From an uncultured Phycisphaerales bacterium (GTDB lineage: Bacteria > Planctomycetota > Phycisphaerae > Tepidisphaerales > Tepidisphaeraceae): 64,000 nt of DNA. The notes below the pieces were generated by a model that saw nothing but the letters and a program-made list of their open reading frames with translations, made no database searches and was not told where the DNA came from. The stretch is taken from the NCBI GenBank assembly GCA_963758525.1, contig CAVWVQ010000003.1:2240001-2304000 (forward strand). Reading direction: 5' to 3'. The position numbers and the translations under genes were made by a program. Below are positions 22,323 through 33,684 of the stretch, piece after piece (position 1 is the first letter of the stretch; each line of letters opens with the position of its first letter).

Positions 22323-24022
22323 TCAATTTCCACTCGTCGACAATCTCTTTTCGTCCAGCATGCCTTGGTAAGCGTTCTCGACATTTCGCGCCAACCTGCG
22401 CCCGTCGGTCAGCGTTGACCGGCGGACGGTTTCCCGCAATGAGCCGCGAAGCGCCGCGAGGCGGTTCAAATCCTGGGTCTGCGTCACAGCGATCTGCGAG
22501 AATTCGCTTACCGAGGTGGCAATCCATTCCTTCATGTTCAATGCCGTCAGGACGTCGGCACCCGTGCGCGCCGCGAACGTCTGGCCGGCCAGGGTGATCA
22601 CCGGCACGCCCATCCACAGCGCGTGGCATGACGTGGGATGGGCCGCGACGGGAGTGGTGTCAAGAAAAACGTCGAATTGGCCGTGAGCCGCGAGATAGTC
22701 GGCAAAAGGCAGGCGCCGGCTGAAGCTGATTCGTCGCGGGTCGATGCCGGTAGCTTTGAAAGCATCGAGCACGCGCTGGTGGCCCGCGCCGAATTCATTG
22801 GGAGTGCCGAGCAGAAACAGCCGTGAGTCGCGAATCGCGCCAGAACGCCCGACCAGAGTTCCAGACATTCCGGCGAGATTTTTTCGAGCCGGGCGGCGGA
22901 CGCGAAGCTCAGATAGCCGCGTTGCGATGCCGGCAGGGGTGCAACCGGCGGAGCATCGAGCGGCGGCTGGTAGCAGGCGAAAGGCTCGGGAAGTCGCCAT
23001 AGTTGCTCAGTATAAAACCGGTCGCTTTGTCCCGGCGGATTCAAGACCTGGTCAGTCAGGCAATAATCGACGCTGGATAAGCCAGTGGTCGCCGGATATC
23101 CAAGGTAGGTCACCTGAACCGGCGCCAGGCGATGCGCGAAAATGGGCAGGCGATTCCCGGCGCTGTGTCCGGCAAGGTCGACCAGCACGTCCGGCGCGTC
23201 GTCGCTGATCGATTGGATTGCCTGTGCATCTGAGACTCCGCTGATGTCGCGCCATCGGTCACAATGGCCCCGCATCCGCGTGGTAACGTGATCCGCGTAG
23301 GTGCTGTTGCTGTAACAGATCACTTCAAACGAGTGCCGGTCGTGGTTGGCCAGCAGCGGCTCGATGAAGAACGCCGCGGCGTGCTGCCGCAGATCAGCCG
23401 AGACGTATCCGACGCGAATGCGCCCGGGCTGTCTTGTCGGGGGATGCACGAATGCCCGCTCGGCCGGCGGCGCGTGGGCGCTGGCCCAAGCGCGGTGTTC
23501 CTCGAACCGCTCGACATCGCCACGAGTGGAGTCGTACTGCAGGCTGAAGACGAAATTGCTGTGAGCCGTGGCGCTCCGGGGGCAAAGATCAACCGCGCGA
23601 CGAAATGCTGCCAACGCCTCGGGAACGAAACCCATTTCCAGCAGGGTTCTGCCCGCATTATTGAATGCCGGGGAAAAATCGCGGCGCAGTGCGATGGCGC
23701 GCTCGAAGCTGCGCAGCGACCCAGCCAGTTGGCCTTGCGAGCGGAGAACCTCACCAAGATTATTGAAAAAATCGGGAACAGTGGGATCCAGCGCAATCGA
23801 ACGCGACATCAGGCGAACGGCAGTGGGTCCATCCCCACGCTGATGCGCGATCAGCCCGAGGAAATGATTTGCGGCCGCATGATCCGGATCGCTTGCGAGA
23901 ATTGCGCGGTACGCCGTTTCGGCTTCGGTCAATCGACCGTTTCGGTGGCAGTCAGTGGCAGCGCCAATCTGATCCTCAACGTTTTGAGCAAGCCCGATAG
24001 CAGTGGCCTTGTGCTGACTCAT
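22323..24022 (-). CDS. TPR + SPINDLY/OGT-like (GT41) glycosyltransferase, frameshift at about 22840
   Basis: TPRs then RVGYVSADLRQH, DLAGHS, APVQVTYLGYPATTG, DVFLDT, ALWMGVPVITL. Confidence 0.88.
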
Positions 24023-24220
24023 CAGCGTTGCAGCATACCGCTCTTCGCCTTCGCCTCCTCTCTCTTAGCCCAATCCCGTTAAATCGTTCGCGTGAAATTA
24101 GCAATGCCTTCTTTCCAGCTTTATGTAACCGCCTATCCTGCGTCACCCTGTCATCCATCGCACTGGTGACATGTGGAGGCAGTCAATCGAAATCGAGTCA
24201 GGGAACTTGGAGAAACAATC

Positions 24221-27200
24221 ATGGGAAAACGATTCAAGAATAGGAAACCTTCCGCCCAAGCCAAAATTGCGTTAGCTGTTGCAGCAAGCAGCTTGGCAAT
24301 GCGGGCGGCACACGCAGCGTCGGTCTATGTTACCTACAGCGGCGGGACCTATGCGCCGTCGTTCAGCACTTTGCCATTTGGATCAACAGAAACCACCAGT
24401 TACACCACCACTACCGGCACGGCTTCGCTGGCGACGGAATACAACGTCTCCGCCCTGAACGGGTGGTACGGCAACTCGGGCAACGGAAAGTACGCGTCCG
24501 GGACGCCTAGCACGACCACGGGCGAAATCTTCAGCTTTGGCAGTTCGTCGAGCAATCAGTCCATCGGCGCGATCAGCACCAGCAGCACCGGAATTGAAAC
24601 CTTCGGCGTCGAACTGGAAAATAATACCGGCAACAGCCTGAACCAGGTCAGCATCAGCTTCACCGACACGCTGTGGTGGCAGAATAGCGGTTCGAAATAT
24701 TTGAAGTTTGGCCTCGCGCTCGACAATACCCCAGGGAACGTCACGGCCGATGCCATTCCGACTACCTTTAGCGCATCGCTGACATCCGGCAACATCGTCG
24801 AGCAGACCGCGCTCGAACACACGTTTGCCACCGGTGGAACAGGCGCCACTTTGCAGACATACCCGCAAAGCACTGACACCATCAGCCTGGCCAGTGATCC
24901 ATTGGTCGCGGGCGGATCCATTTGGCTGGTTTGGCAGACGAGTTCGAGTAGCGGGACGTCTCAGGGCGTGGGCGTCAACAATCTCTCGTTCTCAGCGGCA
25001 AACGTCAGCAGCACCAACACGGACACATGGACCGGCTCGGCAACTTCGCACTGGAACGCCTCGGACGCCAACTGGAACACCACCGCATCGGGAACCAAGT
25101 TCACCCAAAACGACGCGGTCATCTTTGCCGACACCGCCTCCCCGAGCTATTCCATCACCGTCGACACCGTCGCCGGCAGCGGAGTTGCTGCATCCAGCGT
25201 CTTGTTCTCCGCAAATTCAACCGCCTACAGCTTTTCCGGCGGATCCATCAACGACCCTACCACCGGCGGCTCAGCCATCGTCACGCTGTCCGGATCGGGA
25301 ACGGTAACCTTCGGTGCTTCCAATAGTTATAGCGGCGGCACAGTAATCAGCGCCGGCACGCTCGTCGCAAGCGGGGGCGACAATCGGCTTGGAGCCAGCG
25401 CCGGAGCCATTACGATTGCCGGGGGAACGCTCAAGACCGCTGCCTCTGGAATCACCTCCGCCCGGAATCTCACCGTAAACCCCGGCGCCGTCGCCGGAAC
25501 CGGCACCTTCAATACCAACAGCCTCGCATCCTCCACAAGCGGCACGACCACGATCAACGACACTTTCAACGTCACCGGAGGCGGAAGTCTCGCGCTCGAC
25601 GGCGCAGTCACCTTCGGCACGGGGACTTACACGGGAGCGGTGAGCATTGCGTCCGGTACGACCCTGACGTTCGGGCAGAGTGCCGGGACGATCAATCAAC
25701 CCTACGGCGGAACCAACCATGGCACGCTCGCGATCGGGGGGCCGATACAAGCGCAATTCGAAGGGATTTTCGCCGGCGCCGACGGCCAAATCCAGTTGCT
25801 GGCCAGCGGCGCCAACATCACGAACGTCAAGTCCACGCTCGCGTCGGCCAACGTGATCAATCAGGCGATTTCGCTCAACCCCGGCAACCTCGTCGGCGGC
25901 GGCGCGGGATCCGTCCAAAACGGCGGCGGATACGTGGCAGGCAACTTTATCGCCACCCTCGGCGGGACCACCGCCATTTCCGGCTCGACGATTTACGGTC
26001 TGACCGTCAACGGAAACATTACCGGCAACGCCGACCTGAACATCGGCAACGCCGCAGTGGGCGGCGGGAGCGGCTACCTCTATTTGAACGGCACAAATTC
26101 GTATGCCGGTGCCACAACAATTAATCTAAACAACGGCACCGTCGTTCTCGGTTCGAGCCAGGCGCTGCCATCCACCACCGACCTGGTCTTCGGGACCCTC
26201 GGCGGCGCCGTGATCGGCAAACCCTTCCTCGACCTCCACGGGTTCAACACGACTGTGAATTCGCTGTCCGACGGCGCGAACGTGATCGCCGGGACCGGCC
26301 TGACCATTACCAACACGGGCGGAGGCACCTCTCTGTTCACCGTCAGCGGGTCAACCACTCCCGCCAACGGATTCAGCGGCACTCTGGCCGACGGCGCCTC
26401 CAGCTCCGGCGTGCTCGCGCTGCAAAAAAGCGGCAGCAGCACGTTAAGCCTCACGGGAAGCAGTACATACAGCGGGAGCACCGTCGTCAGCGGGGGAACT
26501 CTGGCGTTGAACGGCGCCGGTCAGATCAATACCACCAGCGGCATCACCGTCAGCGGAAGCGGCGCGAAATTTGTTCAAAACAGCAGTGTCCCTGTTTCAC
26601 AACCCGTTGCTCTCAACACCGGCACCGTCGACGGCACAACGACAATCAATTCGACCGTAACCGTCGCGGATAGCGCAAATAACGTCATCGCGGCAGGCAA
26701 CGGCGGCGCGGGGACGCTGACGATCGCGAATCTGACTTTCAACGGGGCCGGAACCTTCCAGGTTGCAAGCAATCAACTCGTTTCCGTCACCGGCGCCCTC
26801 AGCGCGGGCGGCGCGGTGAAGCTCAATTCCTCCGCCACGGCATGGGCCAATGGGCAGTTCTACGACCTGGTCAACTACGGCAGCGTTGTAAATCTTGGCA
26901 ACATCACGCTGGGGACCGTCACCGGGACCAACAGCCGGCAGACTCCGTCACTGACTACCAGCAATTCGGGAGAGATTGGCATTACGATCAACGGCGACAG
27001 CCCGGCATGGACCGGCGCAACCAACGGCAACTGGGACACTGCGGCGTATAACTGGAAGCTCATTGCCGCGGGAACGGCCACACAATACATCAACAGTCCC
27101 GGAGACGCGGTTCTGTTTGACGACACTCATCTGGCGCCCGGTGGCGCCACCAACATTTCGATTCAGACCGGCGGCGTCACCCCCACCAGCGTCACATTCA

Positions 27201-29668
27201 ACAATTCAACCGCGACATACGCGTTTACGGATGCGGACGGCAGCAACGGCATCGGCGGAACAACCTCGGTCGTGATGACCGGCACCGGCATCGTGAGCTT
27301 CGGCGGATCAAACTCGTATACGGGCGGCACGTTCATCAGTGCCGGAACATTGCGACTGGGCGTCAGCAATGCCTTGCCAAACGGAGCAGTTTCCATTGCG
27401 AATGCCGCCGGCGCACTGCTCGATCTGAACGGCCACAATCAGGCCATTACCGAGCTCTTTGGCGGAGGAACGACCGGAGGCAACGTCGCCCTGGGCGGGG
27501 CAACGCTTACCGTCGGCGATTCCACTTCGCAGACGTTCTCCGGGGTCATCGCTGACGGAGGCGGCAACAGCAGCGGAACCGGCGGTTCCCTGGTCAAAAC
27601 CGGCTCTGGAACACTCACCTTGGGCGCGTCGGAATCGTATGGAGGCGCGACCAGCGTCAGCGGCGGAACGCTCGCATTGACCACCGGAAATGTCGGCCTG
27701 CTTCCCTCCACCACCAAGCTCACTCTGCTCAGCGGGACGACGTTTCTGCTCAACGCGAATCAGCAGCAAATCGCCGAGCTTTCCGACGGCGGAACCGCCG
27801 GCGGCCAGGTGAGCATCAACAACCCGGGAAACTCGACGGGCGCGACGCTTTTGGTTGGCGACTCGATTGCCGATTCCACCTTTGCCGGCAAGGTGTCCGG
27901 CTCGGGAAATCTGGTGAAAACCGGCAGCGACAATCTCACCTTGTCCGGAACAACTAGTTATAGCGGGACAACGACCGTCAGTGGCGGGACGCTGACCTTG
28001 TCCGGCCCTGGAACCGGCAACGGCACAAGCACTTACGCGGGAGTCTCGGTTCTGGGCGGAGGAAAAATCGTCTACTCGATGACCGGGCAAACGGCCCCAA
28101 CGATCAGCAGCCCCAGCATCGCCTCCGGCGGGACCGTGGTGCTCAACGAGAGCGGCAGTCCAACGGTTACGGTAAGCAACGCCACGATAGACGGTACACT
28201 CACCGTCAGCGCTCCGCTGCAGGTGACGGTCAGTGGAAACTATGCGGGCTCCGACGGCCAGATTCAGGTCACGGCAAGCGGCGCCAACATCACCAACGTC
28301 AAGTCGACGCTGGCGTCGGGCAATGTGATCAATCAGGCGATTTCGCTCAATCCTGGCGATGTCGTCAGCAACGGGGCGGGATCGGTCACCGATGGCGGGG
28401 GATACGTTCCCGGCAACCTCATTTTCACCATTGGCGGGACCTCCGCCGTTTCCGGCTCGTCGATCTATGGCCTGACCGTCAACGGCAGCATCACCGGCCA
28501 CGCCGACCTGAACATCGCCAACGCTGCTGTTGGCGGTGGAAGCGGCTACGTCTACTTGAACGCCTCAAATTCATATACCGGCGTAACCACGCTCAATATG
28601 AACAACGGGACGGTCGTGCTCGGCAACAGCGGCGCACTGGGAGGACGCGATTTGGTCTACGGCACCGTCACTGGTACGGGCAAGCAAATACTCGACCTCA
28701 GCGGGACCAACCCGACCATCGCGTCGCTCTCCGACGGTGCTTCCGTAACGCCCGGCACCAACGTACTGACCATCACCAACACGGGTGGCGGGAACTCCGT
28801 TCTGGCCATCAACGGCAGCAACACTCCCGCCAAAGCATTCAGCGGGATATTGGCTGACGGCGCGTCTAATTCTGGCACGCTCGGGCTCTATAAAGCGGGC
28901 TCGAGCACACTCACTCTGACTGGTTCCAGCAACACGTACAGCGGCGGAACTGAAATTTACGCAGGCGCCATCCGCGCCAACGGGAGCAACTCCCTGGGCA
29001 GCGGCACTGTCGCCGTCGACTCCGGGGCGACCCTGGGCGGCAGTGGCACGATCAACAACACAACCAACGCCATCACCATCAGCAGCGGCGGCACAATCAC
29101 CGCCGGCGCGGATGCGACTCATACTGCGGGCCTCACCACCGGCTCCCAGTCGTGGAACGGCGGCGGAACGTACGCGTGGAAAATCAACACCGACGCCGCT
29201 TCCGGCGGAGCCGCCGGCGCCAGCACTGGGTGGGACGAGCTCACGCTGAGCGCGTTGAACGTCACCTCGGCAGGACCACTATTCACCATCAACGTGCAAA
29301 GCTTTGGCAATAACGCGTCTGGCAGCCCCGTCGCCGGCTTCAACCACAGTGCCGACGACCGATGGACCATCGCCCAGATCAACGGACCGGTCGTCATCGG
29401 CGGGGTTCCGCAGAGCACGACGCAGGCGACGCAACTCACCAACACCGGCTCCGACATCTTCGCGTTGAACACCAACGGCTTTGCAACGGCCAACGGAGAC
29501 GGTCCCAGTTCGTTCTTCGTGCTCGAACTGGTCCCAACCGGCAGCGGCAACGACAGCCTGGTGCTTGAGTACAGCGCCACGCCCGAACCCGCGACGCTCG
29601 TGCTGGCAATGGGCGGCATCGTTCCGATGCTGCTCGGCCGCCGGCGGCGAAAAGCCAAAGCCATGTGA
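24221..29668 (+). CDS. Large secreted autotransporter-associated beta-strand repeat protein with PEP-CTERM sorting signal
   Basis: Signal peptide ending AHA; repeats such as KSGSSTLSLTGSSTYSGSTVVSGGTL; C-terminal TPEPATLVLAMGG...RRRRK. Confidence 0.88.
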   Translation: MGKRFKNRKPSAQAKIALAVAASSLAMRAAHAASVYVTYSGGTYAPSFSTLPFGSTETTSYTTTTGTASLATEYNVSALNGWYGNSGNGKYASGTPSTTTGEIFSFGSSSSNQSIGAISTSSTGIETFGVELENNTGNSLNQVSISFTDTLWWQNSGSKYLKFGLALDNTPGNVTADAIPTTFSASLTSGNIVEQTALEHTFATGGTGATLQTYPQSTDTISLASDPLVAGGSIWLVWQTSSSSGTSQGVGVNNLSFSAANVSSTNTDTWTGSATSHWNASDANWNTTASGTKFTQNDAVIFADTASPSYSITVDTVAGSGVAASSVLFSANSTAYSFSGGSINDPTTGGSAIVTLSGSGTVTFGASNSYSGGTVISAGTLVASGGDNRLGASAGAITIAGGTLKTAASGITSARNLTVNPGAVAGTGTFNTNSLASSTSGTTTINDTFNVTGGGSLALDGAVTFGTGTYTGAVSIASGTTLTFGQSAGTINQPYGGTNHGTLAIGGPIQAQFEGIFAGADGQIQLLASGANITNVKSTLASANVINQAISLNPGNLVGGGAGSVQNGGGYVAGNFIATLGGTTAISGSTIYGLTVNGNITGNADLNIGNAAVGGGSGYLYLNGTNSYAGATTINLNNGTVVLGSSQALPSTTDLVFGTLGGAVIGKPFLDLHGFNTTVNSLSDGANVIAGTGLTITNTGGGTSLFTVSGSTTPANGFSGTLADGASSSGVLALQKSGSSTLSLTGSSTYSGSTVVSGGTLALNGAGQINTTSGITVSGSGAKFVQNSSVPVSQPVALNTGTVDGTTTINSTVTVADSANNVIAAGNGGAGTLTIANLTFNGAGTFQVASNQLVSVTGALSAGGAVKLNSSATAWANGQFYDLVNYGSVVNLGNITLGTVTGTNSRQTPSLTTSNSGEIGITINGDSPAWTGATNGNWDTAAYNWKLIAAGTATQYINSPGDAVLFDDTHLAPGGATNISIQTGGVTPTSVTFNNSTATYAFTDADGSNGIGGTTSVVMTGTGIVSFGGSNSYTGGTFISAGTLRLGVSNALPNGAVSIANAAGALLDLNGHNQAITELFGGGTTGGNVALGGATLTVGDSTSQTFSGVIADGGGNSSGTGGSLVKTGSGTLTLGASESYGGATSVSGGTLALTTGNVGLLPSTTKLTLLSGTTFLLNANQQQIAELSDGGTAGGQVSINNPGNSTGATLLVGDSIADSTFAGKVSGSGNLVKTGSDNLTLSGTTSYSGTTTVSGGTLTLSGPGTGNGTSTYAGVSVLGGGKIVYSMTGQTAPTISSPSIASGGTVVLNESGSPTVTVSNATIDGTLTVSAPLQVTVSGNYAGSDGQIQVTASGANITNVKSTLASGNVINQAISLNPGDVVSNGAGSVTDGGGYVPGNLIFTIGGTSAVSGSSIYGLTVNGSITGHADLNIANAAVGGGSGYVYLNASNSYTGVTTLNMNNGTVVLGNSGALGGRDLVYGTVTGTGKQILDLSGTNPTIASLSDGASVTPGTNVLTITNTGGGNSVLAINGSNTPAKAFSGILADGASNSGTLGLYKAGSSTLTLTGSSNTYSGGTEIYAGAIRANGSNSLGSGTVAVDSGATLGGSGTINNTTNAITISSGGTITAGADATHTAGLTTGSQSWNGGGTYAWKINTDAASGGAAGASTGWDELTLSALNVTSAGPLFTINVQSFGNNASGSPVAGFNHSADDRWTIAQINGPVVIGGVPQSTTQATQLTNTGSDIFALNTNGFATANGDGPSSFFVLELVPTGSGNDSLVLEYSATPEPATLVLAMGGIVPMLLGRRRRKAKAM

Positions 29669-29701
29669 GGTGACCGCTCTCAGAACGGCGGATGTTGATG
29701 A

Positions 29702-30604
29702 TCAGCGGTTTACGTTGGGAATGTCGCTCCACTGCAGCGGCATGCGTGGATTGCGGGTTGCAATGGTTGCCGTCGTACTGGGAGGAGTGGTCTGCTTCAT
29801 CCAGACCTCGTCGCCCGAGGAGTCGAGGTACTCTGCCTGCCAGCTCGGAACGGGCGTAGCGGGACTGCCAGTCAGTGCCTTGGGCGAGACTTTTTCCAGG
29901 GGCAGCGTCTCGGATTCTGCATGCCCATCGACGAAGAGAACGTTGCACGCGCCGCGATGGCGCAACATGGGGCACGACGCCACGCCGAGCGTGAGTCCAT
30001 TGGGATCCACTGACATCGCCTTGCTTTGAGTCTGGCTGCCGACGCCCGTGATATCCATCGAAATACCGTCTGCCATCAGCACGAAATTGCTGGAGTTCGG
30101 CAGTTGCACCTGCTTGACCTGGACGAAAGTGCCGCCGCTGCCGTAATGCCGCAGGCAACTATTCATCTTGTAACTGTGGGTCAACTCGCTGTCAGTTTCG
30201 GTCGAACTGGTTTGGCTGTCATTTGAGTTGCTGGTGAGGCTGAGCAAGTTGTTGACAAGAGGGCATTGCTTGTATTCGCTGTAAGCGCGGTTATTCACTG
30301 CGGCACTCGATGTTGAGCTGCGATTGTTGTTCGCGATCGAGTTCAGATACTGGTCAATGACGCTGAACCACAGAACGCGATCTCCGTAGGTTGTCTCCGG
30401 GAACGGCAGATATCCCTTGTGCTCGTCGGCATACATCTCAAACGCCTGGCCGCAGGTGCGCAGGTTTGCAAGACATTTGAGCGTGATCGCCTGCTCTCTG
30501 GCGCGTGCCAGCACAGGCAGCAGAATCGCAATCAGCAGCGCGATAATGCCGATGACCACCAATAGTTCGATCAACGTAAATGCTTTGCATCTCGGTCTGT
30601 TCAT
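29702..30604 (-). CDS. DUF1559-type prepilin-like protein with H-X9-DG motif
   Basis: [43 protein letters not shown]. Confidence 0.9.
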   Translation of the reverse strand: MNRPRCKAFTLIELLVVIGIIALLIAILLPVLARAREQAITLKCLANLRTCGQAFEMYADEHKGYLPFPETTYGDRVLWFSVIDQYLNSIANNNRSSTSSAAVNNRAYSEYKQCPLVNNLLSLTSNSNDSQTSSTETDSELTHSYKMNSCLRHYGSGGTFVQVKQVQLPNSSNFVLMADGISMDITGVGSQTQSKAMSVDPNGLTLGVASCPMLRHRGACNVLFVDGHAESETLPLEKVSPKALTGSPATPVPSWQAEYLDSSGDEVWMKQTTPPSTTATIATRNPRMPLQWSDIPNVNR

Positions 30605-30928
30605 TGCGTCTTACTTCCGGCTCGATCGGACAAATCGCTGGGCCGCAGGGAGGCGGGATGACGGCGCGGCGGCAACCCTCGTGGTGCCCCCCTATTTTGT
30701 TCACGGCAGCTTAGGGAGTGACATTCAGAAACGATTATGCTTCGCAGTGATTCAGGTTCAGACTTTGTGAAGCTAAGCGGTGTGGTCATTCAAGCAGCTG
30801 GTGCGAACGCTCGTATCAAGCGTGCGTCAGGCTCCGTGCGGTTGGCGGATTCGAGATTTGACGCCGCTTCCGCTCCGGACAAGCCGACGCCGATGGGAAC
30901 GCCCCTCCGAAGGTGGTAAGATGACATC

Positions 30929-31939
30929 ATGCAAATGAACGCCTTCCTCCCTCGCTGCGCCCTGACGCTCCTGGCTGCAATTCTCTTGATTTCCGCCCCT
31001 GCTTTTGGCTGGATCGACACCGGCCACGAAATCATCGCATCGATCGCCTATGACGAATTGACGCCCGCCGCACGTTCGGCAGCAAACGATTTGCTCAAGC
31101 AGCATCCCCGTTACGAGAAAGACTTACTGCCCGGGAAGCCAGATGGGTTTGATGAGAATCGATACGCGTTCATGATTGCCGCGACTTGGCCGGATATCGT
31201 CCGGTCGCAGACCCATCCGATGCATTTCGTCGCCAACCATCCGGCGTGGCATTACATTGACATCCCGATCGTTCAGCCGGGTTTTGCTGCGCCTGCTTCC
31301 CAACCCGCTGCGAACAGCCCTCCGACGGATCCAACCAACGTCGTCGAAGCGCTCGACAAGGTCACGGCCCAGGTTCACGATCCTGCCGTCGCTCCCGGCG
31401 ATCGTGCGATCGCTTTATGCTGGATCCTGCATCTGGTCGGCGATATCCATCAGCCCTTGCACGCGACGACTCACTTCTCACCCCAATATCCCGAGGGAGA
31501 CCGTGGCGGAAATCTCGCGATGGTTCTCCGCACGCCCAATCAGTGGTACAGCCAGATCAATTTGCATCTGCTCTGGGACGAAATGCTCGGGACCTATCGT
31601 GCCCCGGAAATGATCGGGTATGTCGCGTCTGGATTGCGCGGCGACCCGCGTTTCGCGCGAGATAAGCTGCCGGAGTTGAAAGCGCATGACTTTGCCGGAT
31701 GGGCGAGGGAGAGCCATGACCTTGCGGTAACGGCGGTCTACCTCAACGGGCAGCTTCAAACCGCCAATCAGAACGCCGTGCGCGCCGACCACGACCGGCA
31801 GGTGAAGATTCCGCCGCTGCCGGCGGATTACTGCGCCAAGGGGGAAGAAGTCGCCTCGCGCCGGGCGATACTCGCGGGGTATCGGATTGCCGATCTGCTG
31901 AACTCACTGCTCACGCCATCTGCGCAACCGAGCAAATGA
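30929..31939 (+). CDS. Secreted S1/P1 nuclease
   Basis: Signal peptide then W...GH; ATWPD, WHYID, HLVGDIHQPLH, DRGGN, NLHLLWD. Confidence 0.92.
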   Translation: MQMNAFLPRCALTLLAAILLISAPAFGWIDTGHEIIASIAYDELTPAARSAANDLLKQHPRYEKDLLPGKPDGFDENRYAFMIAATWPDIVRSQTHPMHFVANHPAWHYIDIPIVQPGFAAPASQPAANSPPTDPTNVVEALDKVTAQVHDPAVAPGDRAIALCWILHLVGDIHQPLHATTHFSPQYPEGDRGGNLAMVLRTPNQWYSQINLHLLWDEMLGTYRAPEMIGYVASGLRGDPRFARDKLPELKAHDFAGWARESHDLAVTAVYLNGQLQTANQNAVRADHDRQVKIPPLPADYCAKGEEVASRRAILAGYRIADLLNSLLTPSAQPSK

Positions 31940-32082
31940 GCCTGCGCGCCGCCAACTGCTGTATTGCTACAAAACGTCGAGTCGCGTCGAAAAAGCCGCG
32001 ATCCAACATACGGGCCACAAGTAGACGAGAGAAAGTAGAGCGGGGACGCAGCATGACCAAATCCGCCGCGCTAGCGTCCTCC

Positions 32083-32190
32083 CCTCCGTGCCTCCGTGCC
32101 TCCGTGCCTTCGTCCCTTTGTCCCTCCGTCCCTTTGTCCCTTTGTCCCTCCGTCCCTTTGTCCCTTTGTCCCTTCATCCCTTCGTCCCCA
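32083..32190. repeat. Octamer tandem array (CCTCCGTG then CCTTTGTC/CCTCCGTC)
   Basis: Directly visible period-8 array. Confidence 0.85.
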
Positions 32191-32404
32191 TTCCCTTTCC
32201 CCCCACCCTCTTCATTCCCAAACCGAAGCACACCAAATGTTAACATTCTGTAAGTGAAATGAGAGCGGCTTCTTCATCTGATCCAAATATGCCGCCCCTA
32301 CCCTCCCGAATCGAAGGTCCGGGAATCCTTTGTCAGTAGCAAAGGATTAAAAACGCGGGTGCCGGGTACTGGTGCAGTTTGAAATTCTCCCCGCCAAATT
32401 CCGA

Positions 32405-32433
32405 TTGACTACGCTCCCCGCGCTTGTCACGAT
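32405..32433 (+). promoter_or_regulatory. Putative sigma70 promoter for a leaderless small gene
   Basis: TTGACT-17 bp-CACGAT, 6 bp before ATG 32440. Confidence 0.5.
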
Positions 32434-32439
32434 CCATCC

Positions 32440-32694
32440 ATGCCAGCACGAGCAAGCACACGCCGGGACTTCACGCAGATTGCAAAAGCCGTAGTCGATG
32501 CCGCCACCGGCGACGGGCCACCGATCCTACCACCAGGTGCGCCGCCAGCGAACGATACCCGCAACCCGCACGCGGTCGCCATGAGTAAGCTGGGCGCGAG
32601 CAAGGGCGGGAAGGCACGGGCGGCGGCGCTGTCGCCGGCAAAGCGTAAGGCTATCGCGAAGAATGCGGCGGCCAAACGGTGGGAGACGAAATAG
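32440..32694 (+). CDS. Small basic Lys/Ala-rich protein of the type found beside IS1/IS1595-like transposases
   Basis: RNPHAVAMSKLGASKGGKARAAALSPAKRKAIAKNAAAKRW. Confidence 0.8.
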   Translation: MPARASTRRDFTQIAKAVVDAATGDGPPILPPGAPPANDTRNPHAVAMSKLGASKGGKARAAALSPAKRKAIAKNAAAKRWETK

Positions 32695-32982
32695 GGCCGG
32701 GGTTACTATGCTTTTTCGCCCCGGCCCCAATCCTCAAGTTGCAATCACAGTGTTATCGGTCCCGCTCAGGCGGAGCCGAGTAGCGGCCCTTACGGTCCCG
32801 CCATTGCGTAACCTTTTCGGGCTGCCGATCATCGTTCAGGTCGATGTAACCTTTCCCGGATTCGCCGGGATCGTCAGGGTTATTACCCTTCCGTGAGTTT
32901 GGGGAATCATCCTTGACCATTTGGAATTCTCCAAGATGGTGAAATAGACAGCTAGAAAAACGGTGAAACCGATGGTATGCTA

Positions 32983-33099
32983 CTGGCGTTCTTTGGTCGC
33001 CAGATAGCAGGGACCATCAGTCCTGCACTTGCCGGTGTCACTATCGGCAAGCATGAGATTGGCGGAAGCTCTTGATGTTCTGATCGAGAGCTTTCCGCC
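32983..33099 (+). ncRNA. Candidate structured small RNA (four consecutive hairpins)
   Basis: Extended -10 TGgTATGCT at 32973-32981; stems at 32983-33003, 33007-33026, 33028-33051 and 33061-33099. Confidence 0.35.
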
Positions 33100-33548
33100 T
33101 ACTCACCTTCCAATTTCTTCATAGGGAACGCCTCTCCTTTCTTATAGGTGCCGGTTTTTCTGCCGATTGGTTGTTCGACCACAGTTAGGTATTTTTCGCC
33201 AACCAGTGTCCGCACAGTTTGGTGATAACGGTCAACCTTAAATCCGTGTGCCGCCTGCGCCGCTTCGCGCAAACTGTGGCTGGTGAAAACGCCGGGCTGC
33301 TCTCCGATAAATAGCTTTATCGCATCGTACAAAGCACTGGTTCGCGGTCGCCCCATTCGAGTTGTTTTCTCGAACAAGGTCTTAGTCGCGGCACCATTTG
33401 TCTCCTTTGAAATTGCAAACTCATTTAGCCCTTCCAGAATGGTTCGAAGCCGGTCTCTCTCCGCCCCAATCTTGGCGTGTTCCTCATCTAATGCCGCAAG
33501 CTTTTTCTGGGCCTTGGCGCGATCAACCATGATGGTGTCTGAGTTCAT
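33099..33548 (-). CDS. Hypothetical protein, N-terminal coiled coil plus possible winged-helix C-terminus
   Basis: 149-aa lower-GC ORF divergent from the transposase; fold is an inference. Confidence 0.6.
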   Translation of the reverse strand: MNSDTIMVDRAKAQKKLAALDEEHAKIGAERDRLRTILEGLNEFAISKETNGAATKTLFEKTTRMGRPRTSALYDAIKLFIGEQPGVFTSHSLREAAQAAHGFKVDRYHQTVRTLVGEKYLTVVEQPIGRKTGTYKKGEAFPMKKLEGE

Positions 33549-33684
33549 GGCGGCGGATATTAAATCAACGCTGCATAAATAGCAATGTCAATGCGGCGCG
33601 ACGCGGGTCACTTATGCCGCATTCAGAATGGCGGCGAAATAACGTCCATGGATACAGCGTTGCAGAATTAATCCTGGATTGTTA

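Noticed and set aside
25780..28970. Internal duplicate as a DGR template/variable repeat pair
   Set aside because: Both copies are in-frame coding, differences are not visibly adenine-specific, and there is no reverse transcriptase in the window
32083..32210. Tandem array as a CRISPR or a coding region (ORFs 31911-32246 and 31936-32253)
   Set aside because: Period-8 simple repeat with no spacers and no cas genes; the ORFs are translations of the repeat
32753..32920. 55-aa minus-strand ORF (MVKDDSPNSRKG...) inside the transposon
   Set aside because: Short, no clear RBS and no recognisable family; cannot be supported without homologues
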